Made by a program: the position numbers and the translations under genes. Positions 39,645 through 52,752 of a DNA stretch of 64,000 bases are shown in pieces. The stretch's first letter is position 1. Each line of letters opens with the position of its first letter. Source of the stretch: the human T2T-CHM13v2.0 reference genome, Homo sapiens; NCBI RefSeq assembly GCF_009914755.1, contig NC_060927.1. The stretch is one strand, 5' to 3'. The notes below the pieces were generated by a model. The model had not been told where the DNA came from. It was given only the letters and a program-made list of their open reading frames with translations, and made no database searches.

Positions 39645-41290
39645 TCACTCATTCATTGAAAATTATATTTTTAGCATCTCCTCTGTGCTAGGCATTGTTC
39701 TCAGCACTTGGATTATAGCAGTAAACAGGGCAGACAAAATCTCTGCTCTCAGAAAATGAGTATTTTCATAGAAGAGAGTTAACAAATAAATAATTTCAGA
39801 GAGTAATAAGTACTGTGAAGAAAATAATACAAGCTAATATGATAGACAGTGATAAGGATGGTGAAGGAGGCCTCCTTGAAGAGGTTTTGCTGGAGACCTC
39901 CATGATAAGAGGGAGGCAGTAGGGAGATGTCCTAGGCAGAGAATACTCCAAGTAGGAGAAAGATTAAGTGTAAAGACCTTGGAAGAATTGGAAGCAGGAG
40001 CACCAGTGAGCCTGGAATGTAATGTAAATGGGGGATGGGGAGTGAAGGGAATGATGAGGGGTGAGATAAGAGAGGGAAAGGTCACATTACCTAGGGGGAT
40101 AAAGAGATTGGATTTTATTTGAATACTACAAGAAGCCATTGGAAAATTTAACCAGTGGAAGATCATGATCTGATTTAAGTCTTTTAAAAAAGTGAGGTAT
40201 AATTCACATAACTTTAGTATTTTAAAGTGTACATTTCACTGGTTCTTAGCATTTCACAATGCATGTATCCATCATCACAAATTCCAGAACATTTGTATCA
40301 TTCCCCCACAAAAACCCTGTACCTCTTAACTGTTACTCCCCATTCTACCTTCCCCTCAGCCCCTGGCAACCACTAATTTACTTTTGGTCTCTATGGATTT
40401 GCCTGTCCTGGACATTTCATAAATAGACTCATACAGCCTATTGTGTCTGTTTTCTTTCATTTATCATAATGTTTTCAAGGTTTATTCACACTGCAGCATG
40501 TAACAGTACTTTATTCCTTTTCTATGGCAGAATAATATTTCATTGTGTGTATATACCACATTTTGTTTATCCATTCATCAGTTAATGAGCATTTAGGCTG
40601 TTCCACTTTTTGGCTATTATGAATAATACTTCTATACATATTCATATATAAGTTTTTATATAAACATATGCTTTCATTTCTCTTGGGTATATAACTAGGG
40701 CTGGAATTGCTCGGTTATATGGTAATTTAATGTTTAACTTTTTGAGGAACTGCCAAACTCTTTTCCAAAGTAGCTGTACCATTTTATATTCCCACCAGCA
40801 ATGTATGATGGTTCCAGTTTCTCCACATCATGGACAACATTTGTTATTTTCTGTTTTTGTGTTTATAGCCATCCTAGTAAGTGTGAAGTGTTATCTCATT
40901 GTAGTTTTAATTTGCATATCCCTAATGACTAATGGTGTTGAGAATTATTTCATGTGCTTATTGTTTTATGTATGTCTTCTTTGGAGATATTTCTATACGA
41001 GTCCTTTCCCCACTGTAAAATGGAATTTTTTTTATTGTTGAGTTGTAAGAGTTCTTTATATATTCAGCATACTTGGCCCTTATGAGATATATGATTTATA
41101 AAAATTTTCTCCCATTCTGTGAGTTGCCTTTTCACTTTCTTGTTAGCATCCTTTCACCTTATGTAAGTTTTTAAGCTATGTAGAAGATGGACTGTTGAGA
41201 CAAGAAGAGGAACAGGGAGACGAATTGGAAACTATTGTGGTAATCCAGACAAGAAGATAATGGCTTGGATGGTAGACAAGGTTCTGGGTT
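39645..41290 (-). mobile_element. L2 3' region, split by L1MB; continues near 45325
   Basis: cattcattgaaaattatatttttagcatctcctctgtgctaggcattgttc terminus; gaagccattgg...catgatctgattt; resumes at 41175 with cagggagacg...tccagacaagaagataatggcttgga. Confidence 0.85.
40185..41170 (-). mobile_element. L1MB-type 3' region
   Basis: gaggtataattcacata, cccctggcaaccactaatttac...ctatggatttgcctgtcctggacatttca, tttgaggaactgccaaact. Confidence 0.9.
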
Positions 41291-43202
41291 TAAATTATTA
41301 TTGCCAGCTCTAGATAGGCAGTGTTAAATCAGCTGTCTGAAACTTAATTCCACTTTATATTGTTTTGAGTCCAAGAGAGAAAACTGTGGCACAACTGTTT
41401 GTGAGGCTTGTCCATAGAATCAGGGGTCAGTCCTATCATGTGGTCTCAAGTGGCTCTGGACTTGTTGTATAAATTCTGACCATGGCTTTAGATTTTGGAG
41501 AACCAAATAGCAAATCCCACCCACAAAAGATGGGAAATTTTATTAGTAAATTTATTAATAAATGAATGGAATGGGCAGAAATGGAAACTCTTAAGGTAAA
41601 GAGAATATGCCATTTTCTTGGGTTGAGGGAGAAAAACAACTCAAAGGCCTGTGCCTGGACCATTCATCCCAAGTAGTGAAGTTTCTTCAGGAAACCGAGG
41701 AGGAATTGGGTTGATTTGAAACTTATACTTCAGTCTGACTGTAAGAGCAGAGGAAGTGGGAAAATAAAAACAAAATAAAAGAAGACAAGATGATTAGCTG
41801 GAGGGAGAATAAACTTTTCTTAGGAAACAGAGTGAGTGCTTAGCTGGAGGTGAATCATCTAGGAAGGTCAATATGAGCTCTTGGAGGTCAGGATGGGTAT
41901 GCCACCCAAAAGCAGTAGGAGGTGTAAACACCTAATTGTTCATGAAGAGGAATTTAGAAAAGGTGAAGATGTTTTAACTATTATTAGCGCAGGAGTAGTG
42001 ACTGGGCCCAGTGAAAACAAATAAAAGGGATAAGATCTCTGAGTGAATCCCTTTGCCTGCAAGAAGCCAGATCCAGAAACAAATTGAGAGGCTCTCCTGA
42101 AAGGTGCAGATGAAGAATCCATAGTAAGAGCAATTGGAACAGCTTTTTGATTACTGGTGTGGTTATACCAAGTGGTCACAAATAATGTAGGGAGATTTGC
42201 ATGGGGAAGACCAGGTACATAAGCATAAAATATTCAAATAGTTGCCAAATGGTTAGATTCAGGGACAGACAGTTAATGCAGATGGTGCCTGTTCTATGAG
42301 GGCACCTGTCAGAGAAATTTATAAGGTTGGCATTTTAAGGGAAGGCACAGTAGATATGAAAAACATAAATGGAGAGCCAGACAGAACAATAATCAGCCAA
42401 GTCTGGGCCTAGATTGGATGTTGGTTTGATGGGATAATATCTCCCAGGTGAGTCGTTCCTACAAGGGTGGGAGAAAGTCGCTAAGATTTGTTTGAATAGT
42501 GTAGCTTTTGGTAGCCCTCAACTTTATTGATTTCATATCTCTCACTAAGGTGGAGCCCTACACATCAAACCTAGAGCAATATGTTAGGAAAACTATTTTC
42601 TGAGCCAGAAGGCAAAGAGAAAATAGGGCGGAAGGAAGGAAGGCCCTTAATCCCAGCCCTATATGTGTTAGAAAAGGAATCAACCCAATTAAGAAGTAGT
42701 TTAAATTTTTAGAAATTCAACTGGGTCTTTCTTGAAAGGCAAGGGTAAGAGCAGAGGGAATGAAGCACCAGAGGCCTATATTAGAACTTCACTTAAAGAT
42801 ACACCAGGCAGCAATGCTACTTAAGGCCTAGAATATTAAAAAAATGGAGGAAAGATGGTAAATCAAGGAATCTATTGGAGAGGAATTGATTCTCATAAAC
42901 CACTAGAAACAAACTCTGAAGCATTAACAGTCATTCAGTTGGGAAATCTGCTAAGGTTGATTCTTCAGCTGAATCAAATGTGATGACTAGGCAAAAATCC
43001 CTTCCCTAAACAGATTTTATAGCCCTACGTAATTTCATGGCAAGTGGAAATGGAAGCACCCTTTGTGGCTCAGGCCTGAAAAGGTCTGCTCACAGGTTGT
43101 TGATGAGGCTCACATTCAGTTCTGCTCTGGGGTGCCAGAAACGTGGGATTCAAAGGGAAAATGAAAAATTAGATTATGAATAAGTAGAAAGGTGGGGGTG
43201 CC

Positions 43203-43646
43203 TGTGATGATTAATACTGAGTGTCAACTTGATTGGAATGAAGTATGCAAAGTATTGATCCCGGGTGTGTCTGTGAGGGTGTTGCTAAAGGAGATTAACA
43301 TTTGAGTCAGTGGGCTGGGAAAGGCAGACCCACTCTTAATCTGGGTGGGCAGCATCTAATCAGCTGCTAGTGCCCCTAGAATATAAAGCAGGCAGAAAAA
43401 CGTGAAAAGTCAGCCTACATCTTTCTCCCATGGTGGATGCTTCCTGCCCTCGAACATTGGACTTCAAGTTCTTCAGCTTTGGGACTCCGACTGGCTTCCT
43501 TGCTCCTCAGCTTGCAGACGGCCTACTGTGGGACCTTGTGAGCACGTGAGTTTAATACTCCTTAATAAACTCCCCTTGAGATATATATCTATACCTATCT
43601 ATCTATCCTATTAGTTCTGTCCCTCTAGAGAACCCTAACTAATACA
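43203..43646 (+). mobile_element. MLT2A (HERV-L) solo LTR
   Basis: tgtgatgattaatactgagtgtcaacttgattgg ... cctattagttctgtccctctagagaaccctaactaataca; near-TSD tgcc/cgcc. Confidence 0.93.
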
Positions 43647-45324
43647 CGCCTCAAATAAAGCCTAGTGATTTGGGCTGACACAAGTTAAAGTTTTTAACTT
43701 TGCAAGAAGATTATGATGTCTCAAATGCTACTATCTTGCAAACAAGGCTATTTGCAGATCCCCACCACCTTCCTCCAGCCTCATCCTAGATATGTAGATA
43801 TATGGTGTCAAAATTAACTACTAAATGGGAGGTTGATCCTGAGATTCACTGTAAATTCAGAGACTGTGAACTTCAGATAACTATCCCAGACTGACTCATA
43901 TCATTGAGAGGTTAAACCAAGATACTTGTTTTTGGTCTGACCTGCTTCTATCTAGTACCAATGAATCTCTGCTAGGGTCTTTGACAATACTAACTCTGGG
44001 CTCTGGAATTGTATATTATATGATAGCAAGATTGGCTTATTTTCTGGATTTGGTGGGTCAGGGGCCCATGCTGGGATAGTCTTCTGTATTCTATTAAGTC
44101 TTGCAGCCTTTAAACACAGGACATAGTAGAGATGCATTCAACTGCTAAAGTCCTAAAGGACCTACATCCATTCCATAGAAGATAGCCCAGGTTGCAGCTG
44201 CCTACTCCCCACCCACTGCCCCAGACACTCTTAGCTGAGACTAGGCAAAGTATTAATAAGAAATTGAAGAGGATAAACTTTAAACTTCAATTTCTTTGGA
44301 TTTTTAACTCCCAAGTGCATGAGAATGTGATTTTGGACTTTAATTCTTTTGACCTCTAAAATCCTTGGACTAATTTCCATTGAGATTTAATTTTTAACTT
44401 TAATTTCCTCCCAGGAAAATCCATCTAAGAAGGCAATTAATATTCAAATCTGGGACTTTATTTGTTGTTGGCAGTTTTATTATTGGAGTATTTTTATATT
44501 GTTATTTTCATCATTGCCAAACCTTATATTAGACAATGTGGCTAGACATAGTTTGGGAAAGGAAATAAAAAGAGAAATAATTTTCAGTTTGGATGCAGGT
44601 TTTAGAATTAATTTAATCAATGTGCTATTCTGGCCCATTTTAGAGTCCATGGGGTTAAAAATAAAACACTGCCCACCAGCATCCCAGAACAGCCATGGTT
44701 GGTGTTGGAGGAATAATTTTTTGAAGATGGGATGAGGATTTTTAATCTTGTGCCCCATGGAGGGAAGCCACGCCACTAGTTGATGGTTAAGCAAATGGGG
44801 TAAGAGAACAAAAATTGGGGGAGTTTTAGAGGCGGGTAATCTTCTTTCCTATAACTTGCTTATAACCTTCCTGCCTCTTTACTCATCATCACTCACTCCT
44901 CCCAGAACTTGTCAGACTTTCAGCCCATACAGGCAGTGCTGGATAATGCCAGCATGCTCCTCCTACAACCTCCCTCCTCAAGATCTGTCTGCCTGCATCC
45001 AAAATGTGTAGTCTGCCCTATACCTCTGCTGCAAGTACTACAGGATCAGGCACTCTCTGCCCTGCACAGTGAAGTCTGTGGTGGTCCATGCCACCTGGGA
45101 CTGGGTAGGAAGGCTGTCTAGCTGTGAGTTCACTATTAGGATGCCTTCTTACCTGCAGGCAGAAGAATGAGCTGTCAATATTAGCTGTAATACTGATAAA
45201 GGTAATATTTTGACCTCCATTTGTCTCCGTTTGTCTGACTTTTGTGTCTATTTTCAGTTGGTTCTTAACTGGAGACGGGAATGTAAGTGTTGATTATTAG
45301 GCCCTCTTTAACTCTATTAGGATT

Positions 45325-45505
45325 ACTATAAATTTTTTGAGATAGACCTGATAGGGCTTGCCAAGTTAGAATTAATTTGAGCTAGTTAATTAAAATTAAT
45401 TAGAGCTAATTCAGTGTGGGTTATGAGGAAAAATGACAAATCAAAGATGATTTCTAGGTTTTTGGCTTAAGTCACTAAGTAAATAGTGGTTCTATTTAAT
45501 GATGT
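45325..45505 (-). mobile_element. L2 continuation
   Basis: tttgagatagacctgatagggcttgc...tcaaagatgatttctaggtttttggcttaag. Confidence 0.65.
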
Positions 45506-46127
45506 AAAAGCCCTAATTCTGAGCTTAGAGGTGTACATGTGGTGAGAATGATGTGCATGTGTCAGGGGAGGGTATATATGTGGTGAGTGATTTTTGGAGA
45601 GGAGGGTATAAATACAGGGACAATGGCTTAGTAAGGATGAGATGGCTTGGGGGCAGGGAGAATGAGCCAGAGGCCATTGATTTAGTTCCACATAAGAGAT
45701 AAGGGCTTTGAGTAGGGTACTGGAAATAGAGAAAGGGGATTTAAGTTTGGAGACATTTAGGAGGTAGAATTAATAGACTTGGTGACCTGTTGGATATGGA
45801 TAGAGGGATGTGAAGAAGGAGTTGAGAGAGAATCCAGGGTTTCAAGTTTATGGACTTTCTCACCTAACTTAAACATTAGGTAGTTACATAAAGCTGTTCA
45901 TTTGATAGATTCTGCCATTTTGAATGTGACAACTCTTTCAGCCACAATAAAAACATGCAGGGTATAGAGAAAGGAATATGGAAGGATAAACTTCTCTAGA
46001 GACTAAGTCTTTGGTTCAAGAGCAAACAAAAATCCCACAACTATTCAAAACCTTTGAAAGCAGCAGCTAAGGTGGATCTTTTGGTTGTGGTCATCTTGAT
46101 TTTATTAATAGACATGATACACTAGAT

Positions 46128-46332
46128 CAGGGATCGGTAAACTTTTTCTGTAAGGAACCAGATAGTAAATATCTTAGGCTTTGTGGAACATGGTCACTGT
46201 GGCAACTACTGTATTTTGTTATTTTAGTGCGAAAGCAGTCATAGACAACAGGGTAATGAATGGGCATAACTTTTCTCATAAAACAGTGGGCTGGATTTGG
46301 CTTACAGGCCATAAACACAGTTTGCTAACCTT
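46128..46332. mobile_element. MER58A hAT relic
   Basis: cagggatcggtaaactttttctgtaagg...atagtaaatatcttaggctttg...aaagcagtcatagacaa...agtttgctaacc. Confidence 0.85.
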
Positions 46333-48196
46333 CATAACAATACCTTGTATGAGTGATGAGGTTGCCTTTCCCTTAACCCTTACTAGAGGGCAATGGCTTG
46401 TCCAAAGACTAGTTAATAAAAGGAGGCCTTGCAATGTTATACAAGGTTGGGAGGGAAGTGGTGCTCTTTTGATTGATGAGTCAACAGCAGCAAGGGGAAT
46501 ATGACTCCCATACATGGACCTGTCGAAAGCTGTTGGCAGGAGATTAACTCTCCAGTGCAAGACGCATGACTTTTTTAATGGGCTGGACAAAGAAGAGAGG
46601 GGGAAGGAAAAAGAAAACAAATTTATCCAGGCAGTGTTTTTCTGACCACATCTCTATCTTCAGGATATAAACCTTCCCTCTCCTCCCATCCAGCAGCAGG
46701 AACAGGCGGAAGAATGGTTGTGACTCCTAGCCTGTGCCAGGGACTGACAGGATTTCCAGGTCACAGGAGGAGGCCAAAGGCTTGCTAATACTGGGGAAGG
46801 GCCACTTCTGAAGAGGGAGGGTAGGGATAACATAGGGGAAGGGAGAAGATGGGAAAGCACTGAGGGCAGGGGAGAAGAGGGTGGTGTGATGAGAGACAAG
46901 GGGTCTGGAAGAACACTTTCCATTGCCAAGGAAACATTCATGGGGGAATATCATCAAGGTCTGATCAGTGAGGCCTGTGCTCACAGATCATGCTCAGAGA
47001 TGAAGCAGTTCAATAAGGAGGGCAATGGCGAACTTCTTTCCGCTACCAGATTTATACAGATTGGAATTTGTCTCAGAATTCTTAAGAACTGTTTGACCCT
47101 AGTGTGTTTGTGTGTGTTCACTTGGCCCAAGAAGGGGCTTAGACCCCTGGCCCCACCAGTTAATAACCAGAGACACTGAATGATATAAATGAAAACAAGA
47201 GAAGCTGAGAAAATTTGAATGTGATACACAATTACACAACTATAGAACTGCAAAGGACTGTAAAAGAGTATGTGACCTAGTCTTATGCCTTTAGAAAAGT
47301 TAGTCTTTCTTAATGATATGCCTAACAAAAGACCAGGCATTCTCTTTCAGTAATTCATTCAGATATTTTCACTCTGGCAGCCTGGAAGCTCTTCTTTATA
47401 TCCAATAGAAATCTCTCCTACTTTACTTTCATTTTCTTTTATTCAATATGTGATATAGACAAAACCGAACCAAACCATCTTTTTCAAGAGCATTTTATAG
47501 TCATTCAGACGTAGTAGAGTGTCATTTATTAGGATGTTTGAACACTGGGAATAGCCAAACAACAGACTTGTAATGATGTTTCCCTCTGCCAGTGTTGGCC
47601 CAGCATTCCAGATCATGCCATGCAGACAGGGTGGTGCAGATTATAATGGACAAATAGAAAATAACCTTGTCAGTGGCTATTCCAGGTGAAAAAAGTCTCA
47701 TACATTTCAAAAGAAGTTCATTTACTACTGAGCAAAAAAACTCACTGTTGTACAGGCCAAAATAGATATTCAAAAAGGACAAGGGCTACAAAAGCAAACT
47801 GACATTGATGAATCTGTTCAAATGAGTGTTGCATTCACCTCTCCTTTAGTTTTGCTAGAAGCAATTTCAACAAATTGTGTTAGCAATTTTCTCATACTTC
47901 TCTCTGCAGACAACAATTTCACACTAAATAAAAATGGTTTACTTTTTGTATTATTGCATACTTCTTTTTGAGGGGTTGTTTTAAGGAAACTAATTTGCAT
48001 TATGAATTTTTTTTTTAGTGTGAGAATCGAAAAGCATAAACTTTTTGTTGTTTTTGTCATCTCTCAATATTTAGGATTTTTCATAATGTGCCACATTTAT
48101 TTTTGTTGTTGCTGTTGCCTTCAAGTAAACTAGATATCTTTGCTTAATGCCAGATGACAATAAATCCTTAATTCATGTTATATATAATCTACTTTT

Positions 48197-48541
48197 GGTG
48201 TTGTTGTTGTTGTTGTTGTTGTTGTTAGAGATAGGGTCTCACTTTGTTGTCTGGGCTGGAGTACAGTGGCACAGTCACAGCTCACTGTAACCTTAAACTT
48301 CTGGGCTCAAGAGATCCTCCTGTTTTGACCTCCAGAGCAGCTAGGACTACAGGCACATGCCAACATGCTGTCTAATTTTTAAATTTTTTTTGTAGAGACA
48401 AGGTCTTGCTATGTTGCCCAGCTTGGTCTCAAACTCCTGGGCTCAAGCGATCCTCCTGCCTTGGCCTCCCAAAGTGCTGAGATTACAGGCTACCTGCCTT
48501 GGCCTCCCAAAGTGCTGAGATTACAGGCTACTGTGCCTGGC
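48197..48541 (-). mobile_element. AluJ with (TTG)n tail and a perfect 38-bp tandem duplication
   Basis: Reverse Alu; duplicated unit at 48455-48492 and 48493-48530. Confidence 0.93.
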
Positions 48542-48654
48542 ATTTACTTTTATGGAATAAAATGTTTTTCTAAGACATACAAGGCTTTAAACTTTAAATA
48601 AATAAGTATTTATTTATTTAGATTGTTTAAAAAAATTCTGTTTTAGATACTATT

Positions 48655-48935
48655 GTGTATTATCAGGCCATGCTAGACTATGCCATGTAACAAACTGACT
48701 GTCAAATCTCAGGGGCCTAACAGAACCGAGGTTTATTTCTTGTTCATGTTATGTTTTATTTGGATCAGTAGGGGGCTGTCTTAAGGACCAAGGCTGATGG
48801 AGACTCTTACACTTTATAGCTGCATCATCTGGAACAGGAGGCCCCCATGGTGGCTGCAGCTGCAGAAGTAAGAGCTACAGAGTCATACTCTTAAATGCTT
48901 TGGTCTGGACGTGACACTCGTGGCATTTGCTCACT
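48655..48935 (-). mobile_element. Old MaLR LTR fragment (MLT1I/J-like)
   Basis: gtaacaaac...aaatctcaggggcctaacagaaccgaggtttatttcttgttcatg...ggaccaaggctgatggag. Confidence 0.6.
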
Positions 48936-50084
48936 AAAAGATCTTTTATTCCCAAAATGTCCCTTTGCAGTTAAGATAAAGTGTCAACATTCACTTAATC
49001 CAGAATCTTCTGGTTGAATGATCTTCTCTTTAATAATGTCGTCTTTCATTCACCTCTTCTGAAGCAAATCCCAGTGTTGTTAGCCTTTCTATCTGTCAGC
49101 ATGTTTAGTTGCAGACAAAAAACTCAACTCTAGCTCATTTAAATGGCAAGGGACTTGTTAAGGGAGACTAGAAAGCCTGATAATCACTGGAAAGGTAAAA
49201 AAAACACAGGTCCTACACTGAGCCAGAACCAAACTTGCAACAGATGCAATGGGGAAGCTACTGCTCCCACTGCTGACCTCAGAACCGTGACCTCTGGAAC
49301 AGCCTGGGCCAGCAGAATAGATGTCTGGAATCTGCCTGTTTTTTGGGTTAGTTTTTCACCGGGTGCAACTAGAGCCAGAAACTAAGTTATAGGACCTAAT
49401 TCTTGACTCTAGAGGCTAGAAAATTAAGAAATATTAAATTTTTAGAATTTACTTTGGGAAGACAGGACCCACAATGTGGGGAATTATCAAAATGTGGAGC
49501 GGTTTCTCAAAAGATTTGGGCTGCCATGAATAACAGATGTTCGCTAGACTTTCTTTTATAGAACTCCTTTTACTTGTAAAAACTTTTTTTTTTCTATTGC
49601 AGAAGTAATATAACTAAAGATAAGAAAGAAGTGCTCACACTGCTACCACCCTAACCAGGCTACTATTATTGTTTTGGTATTTTTCCTTTTTGCCCTTTTT
49701 CTGTGCAGAATTCTTTTATTAAATAGTAGATAAAATCACATGACAATAAATATTGATTTTCTAGTGAGATATTAGAATGCAAACATTTCCCCCATTTTAT
49801 TACATTATGTTTAAAATAATAAATTTTAGTGTTTGTACAATATTGTGGCAGTCAGAATGGTGATTGTTGTAATTATAATAATGTGATGCAAGTCAATGGG
49901 TATAACTTCTCTGATTAAAATTGTATGTTTATTCTTTCAGCTGTGCTATAATTAAGCCAACATCTTGTTACCTTATTTTCCAGTTTTTGTCAGGATGTGT
50001 GACCTTCCAGAGACACAGTTCAACGCTAAATCTACATAAGGAAAATAATGCGAAAATTTCAGGCAATTGTTTTATAAGTACCAA

Positions 50085-50375
50085 AACATAATCAGATTCC
50101 ACTCATTTGAGACACTCAGGATAGTCAAATTCATGAAGACAGAAAGTAGAAAGTAGTGGTTGCCAGAGGCTGGGGGAGGAAAGAGGAATGGACAGTTATT
50201 GTTTAACGGGTACAGAGTTTCATTTGGGAGGATGAAAAAGTTCTGAAGATGGATGGTGGTAATGGCAGCACAACATTGTGAATGTACTTAATGCCGCTGA
50301 ACTCTACACTTAAAAGTGGTTAAGGTGGTAAATTTTAAGTTATTTATATTTTACCACAATAAAAAATTTAAATAA
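50085..50375 (+). mobile_element. L1MB 3' end
   Basis: atagtcaaattcatgaagacagaaagtagaa...gatgaaaaagttctgaagatggatggtggt...atattttaccacaataaaaaa. Confidence 0.9.
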
Positions 50376-50839
50376 AGAAGTCATAACAGGAAAAAAAAAA
50401 AGCTAAAAAAAGCCTTCACTCTTTTGTAAAAGGAAATTTAGTATGTATCATCCATGCTGGCAGTTAGCCTTCCTTTACATAATGTCAGATAATTTTTTAA
50501 AATTCCAGATTCATTTATCTATGTCATCATAAACTTAAAGTAGTTTCTAATAATTACATAGAGCAAAATTCTGTTTTGTTAAGTTATACCAAAAGAGAAA
50601 AAAAGAGTCACACAAACTATAACCTTAATTGAAATCTATTCATTCGTTTGAAATATATGTACTGAGCACTCACAATGTCGAAGAATGCCAGGCCCTGTGT
50701 GAACACAAAGATGTATAATATATGATTCTCCTAAGAAGGAGACATTTAAATTCTCTTATCAGGATGTTTTTTTTAAAAAGCAGCAGTACGTTGGACTGCC
50801 TTTTAAGTCTTAATATTTAAAGGTACTAAAAGAATATTG

Positions 50840-50960
50840 AATTGGTAGTCAAGAGACGTTGAGTTTTATTCACAATTCTAGCACTGTGTTATTTTGAACA
50901 AGTTACTCAAACTCTCTTGGCCTCCATTTTCTCATCTGTAAGGAGAAGTTATTAGACTAG
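50840..50960 (+). mobile_element. MIR SINE
   Basis: caagttactcaaactctcttggcctccattttctcatctgtaa. Confidence 0.7.
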
Positions 50961-51369
50961 GTGAGAGCTCAGATTTTTCATCTTGAACATCCTAAAAATA
51001 CGTGAAATATCCCACAGGTTGTCTGTCAGTGTTTCTATGTCAAAAAAGAAGAAACACACACACACACCCCAACACACACACCCACACACCCCAATGATAT
51101 TTGCATTGAGAAAACGTGTAAAGTGGATATCCTATATAAAATTCATGAAATACTAATATCACCTTAAAAACTATGATTAAAAGAACAATTATTCCTTAAG
51201 AGTGATCTATAACACTTGTAGTCTTGATCTGCTCAGAGTCTTTCAAAGTGTTAATGAACCACCGGACAAGATTTTTTCAAATAGGATCATTTAGTTATTT
51301 ACACTTAGGTAATGGACTCAGCTAAAAGAGGGCAGTTACTATTTTTAAGGGCCTAATGGACAGCCGGGC

Positions 51370-51570
51370 TCTGAACAAAGCACTCTTCAAATGTAATCTC
51401 ATTTAATGCTTGTAACAACCCAATGAAGAAGGTATTATCTTGTTTTATAGGTGAGGAAATGGAAACTTAAGGGTTAAGTAATTTGTCAAAAGCCATATAG
51501 CTTGCAAGTGGCAGAGCCAGTTTCCCAACCCAGGTCTGTCTGACTCCAGAGGCCAATGCTTTCCATCACA
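51370..51570 (-). mobile_element. MIR SINE
   Basis: atctcatttaatgc...ttttataggtgaggaaatggaa...caagtggcagagccag...aacccaggtctgtctgactccaga. Confidence 0.82.
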
Positions 51571-51587
51571 ACCTGTTTTAATTAATA

Positions 51588-52002
51588 TTTCTCTGAATTT
51601 AATTAATATTGATTTTCCTCTTATTATAACAGTCATATCTTATGTGAACTAATTTCTCATATCCTGATCATTATTTTTGGGTGTGGCTGAACCCAGCAAA
51701 TCATTCAGGGAACCCAGGTGATTTTCAAAATAATTAAAGTTTAGGCCGAGTGTGGTGGCTTAAACCTGTAATCACAGCACTTTGGGATTTGTTTTGTAGA
51801 TCTTTCTCTGAATTTAATTAATATTGATTTTCCTCTTATTATGATAATCACATCTTATTTGAACTAATTTCTCATATCCTGGTCATTATTTTTGGGTGTG
51901 GCTGAACCCAGCAAATCGTGAAGGGAACCCAGGTGATTTTCAAAATAATTAAAGATTAGGCTGAGCGTGGTGGCTTAAACCTGTAATCCCAGCACTTTCG
52001 GA
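51588..52002 (+). repeat. 200-bp tandem duplication with a 15-bp filler
   Basis: 51588-51787 vs 51803-52002, about 14 mismatches by eye; includes the Alu 5' end. Confidence 0.95.
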
Positions 52003-52260
52003 GGCCGTGTATTAAGGAGGGTTGCTTGAGCCCAGGAGTTTGAGACCAGGCTGGGCAATATGGTGAGACCCTGACTCTATAAAAAATTTTAAAAAAATCA
52101 GCTGGGCATGGTGGTGCACACCTTTAGTCCCAGCTACTTGGGAGGCTGAGGTGGGAGGATCACTTGAGCCCAGGAGGTGGAGGTTTCAGTGAGCCATGTT
52201 TGCACCATTGCACTCCAGCTAGGCAACAGAGCGAGTACCTATCTCAAAATAAAAAAAAAA
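51959..52260 (+). mobile_element. AluJ
   Basis: Full dimeric Alu with poly-A tail. Confidence 0.93.
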
Positions 52261-52619
52261 CTTAAAATATCTTCTTAATTAAATTATTTGGCTATTTTGG
52301 GCAAACTTTTTTTTAAAATCTAAGCTGCTAGTAAAAATAGTAATATTGCCTATTAAAAATATGTATATATGCATATACACATATATATGCAAATATATAG
52401 AGGGCATCATTATTTCAGTCATAAATAATTTCCTACATATTCTAAGACTTCCCATATTTCTTTCTAAAATGAGGAAAAAAAAAGAGCTTTCCCACCATCC
52501 CCTAGTTACTCAGAACATCTAAGCCAAAATTTCTTTCTGAGTCTCAGTCATTCTTGGATATATCCTAAAGCAGTTTCTTTTTTATTTTTTCTTCCAAGTT
52601 TCTTTTGAAGGATATCCCT

Positions 52620-52752
52620 TTCTATTTATTTATGTAAAGATGGGGTCTTGCTATGTTGGCCAGGCTTGTCATGAACTCCTGGCCTCAAGCAATCCTCCTG
52701 CCTTTGCCCACCAAAGTTCTGGGATTGCAGGTGTGAGCCACTACATACAGCC
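52620..52752 (-). mobile_element. FLAM_C Alu monomer
   Basis: Single reverse monomer; TSD gatatccc. Confidence 0.85.
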
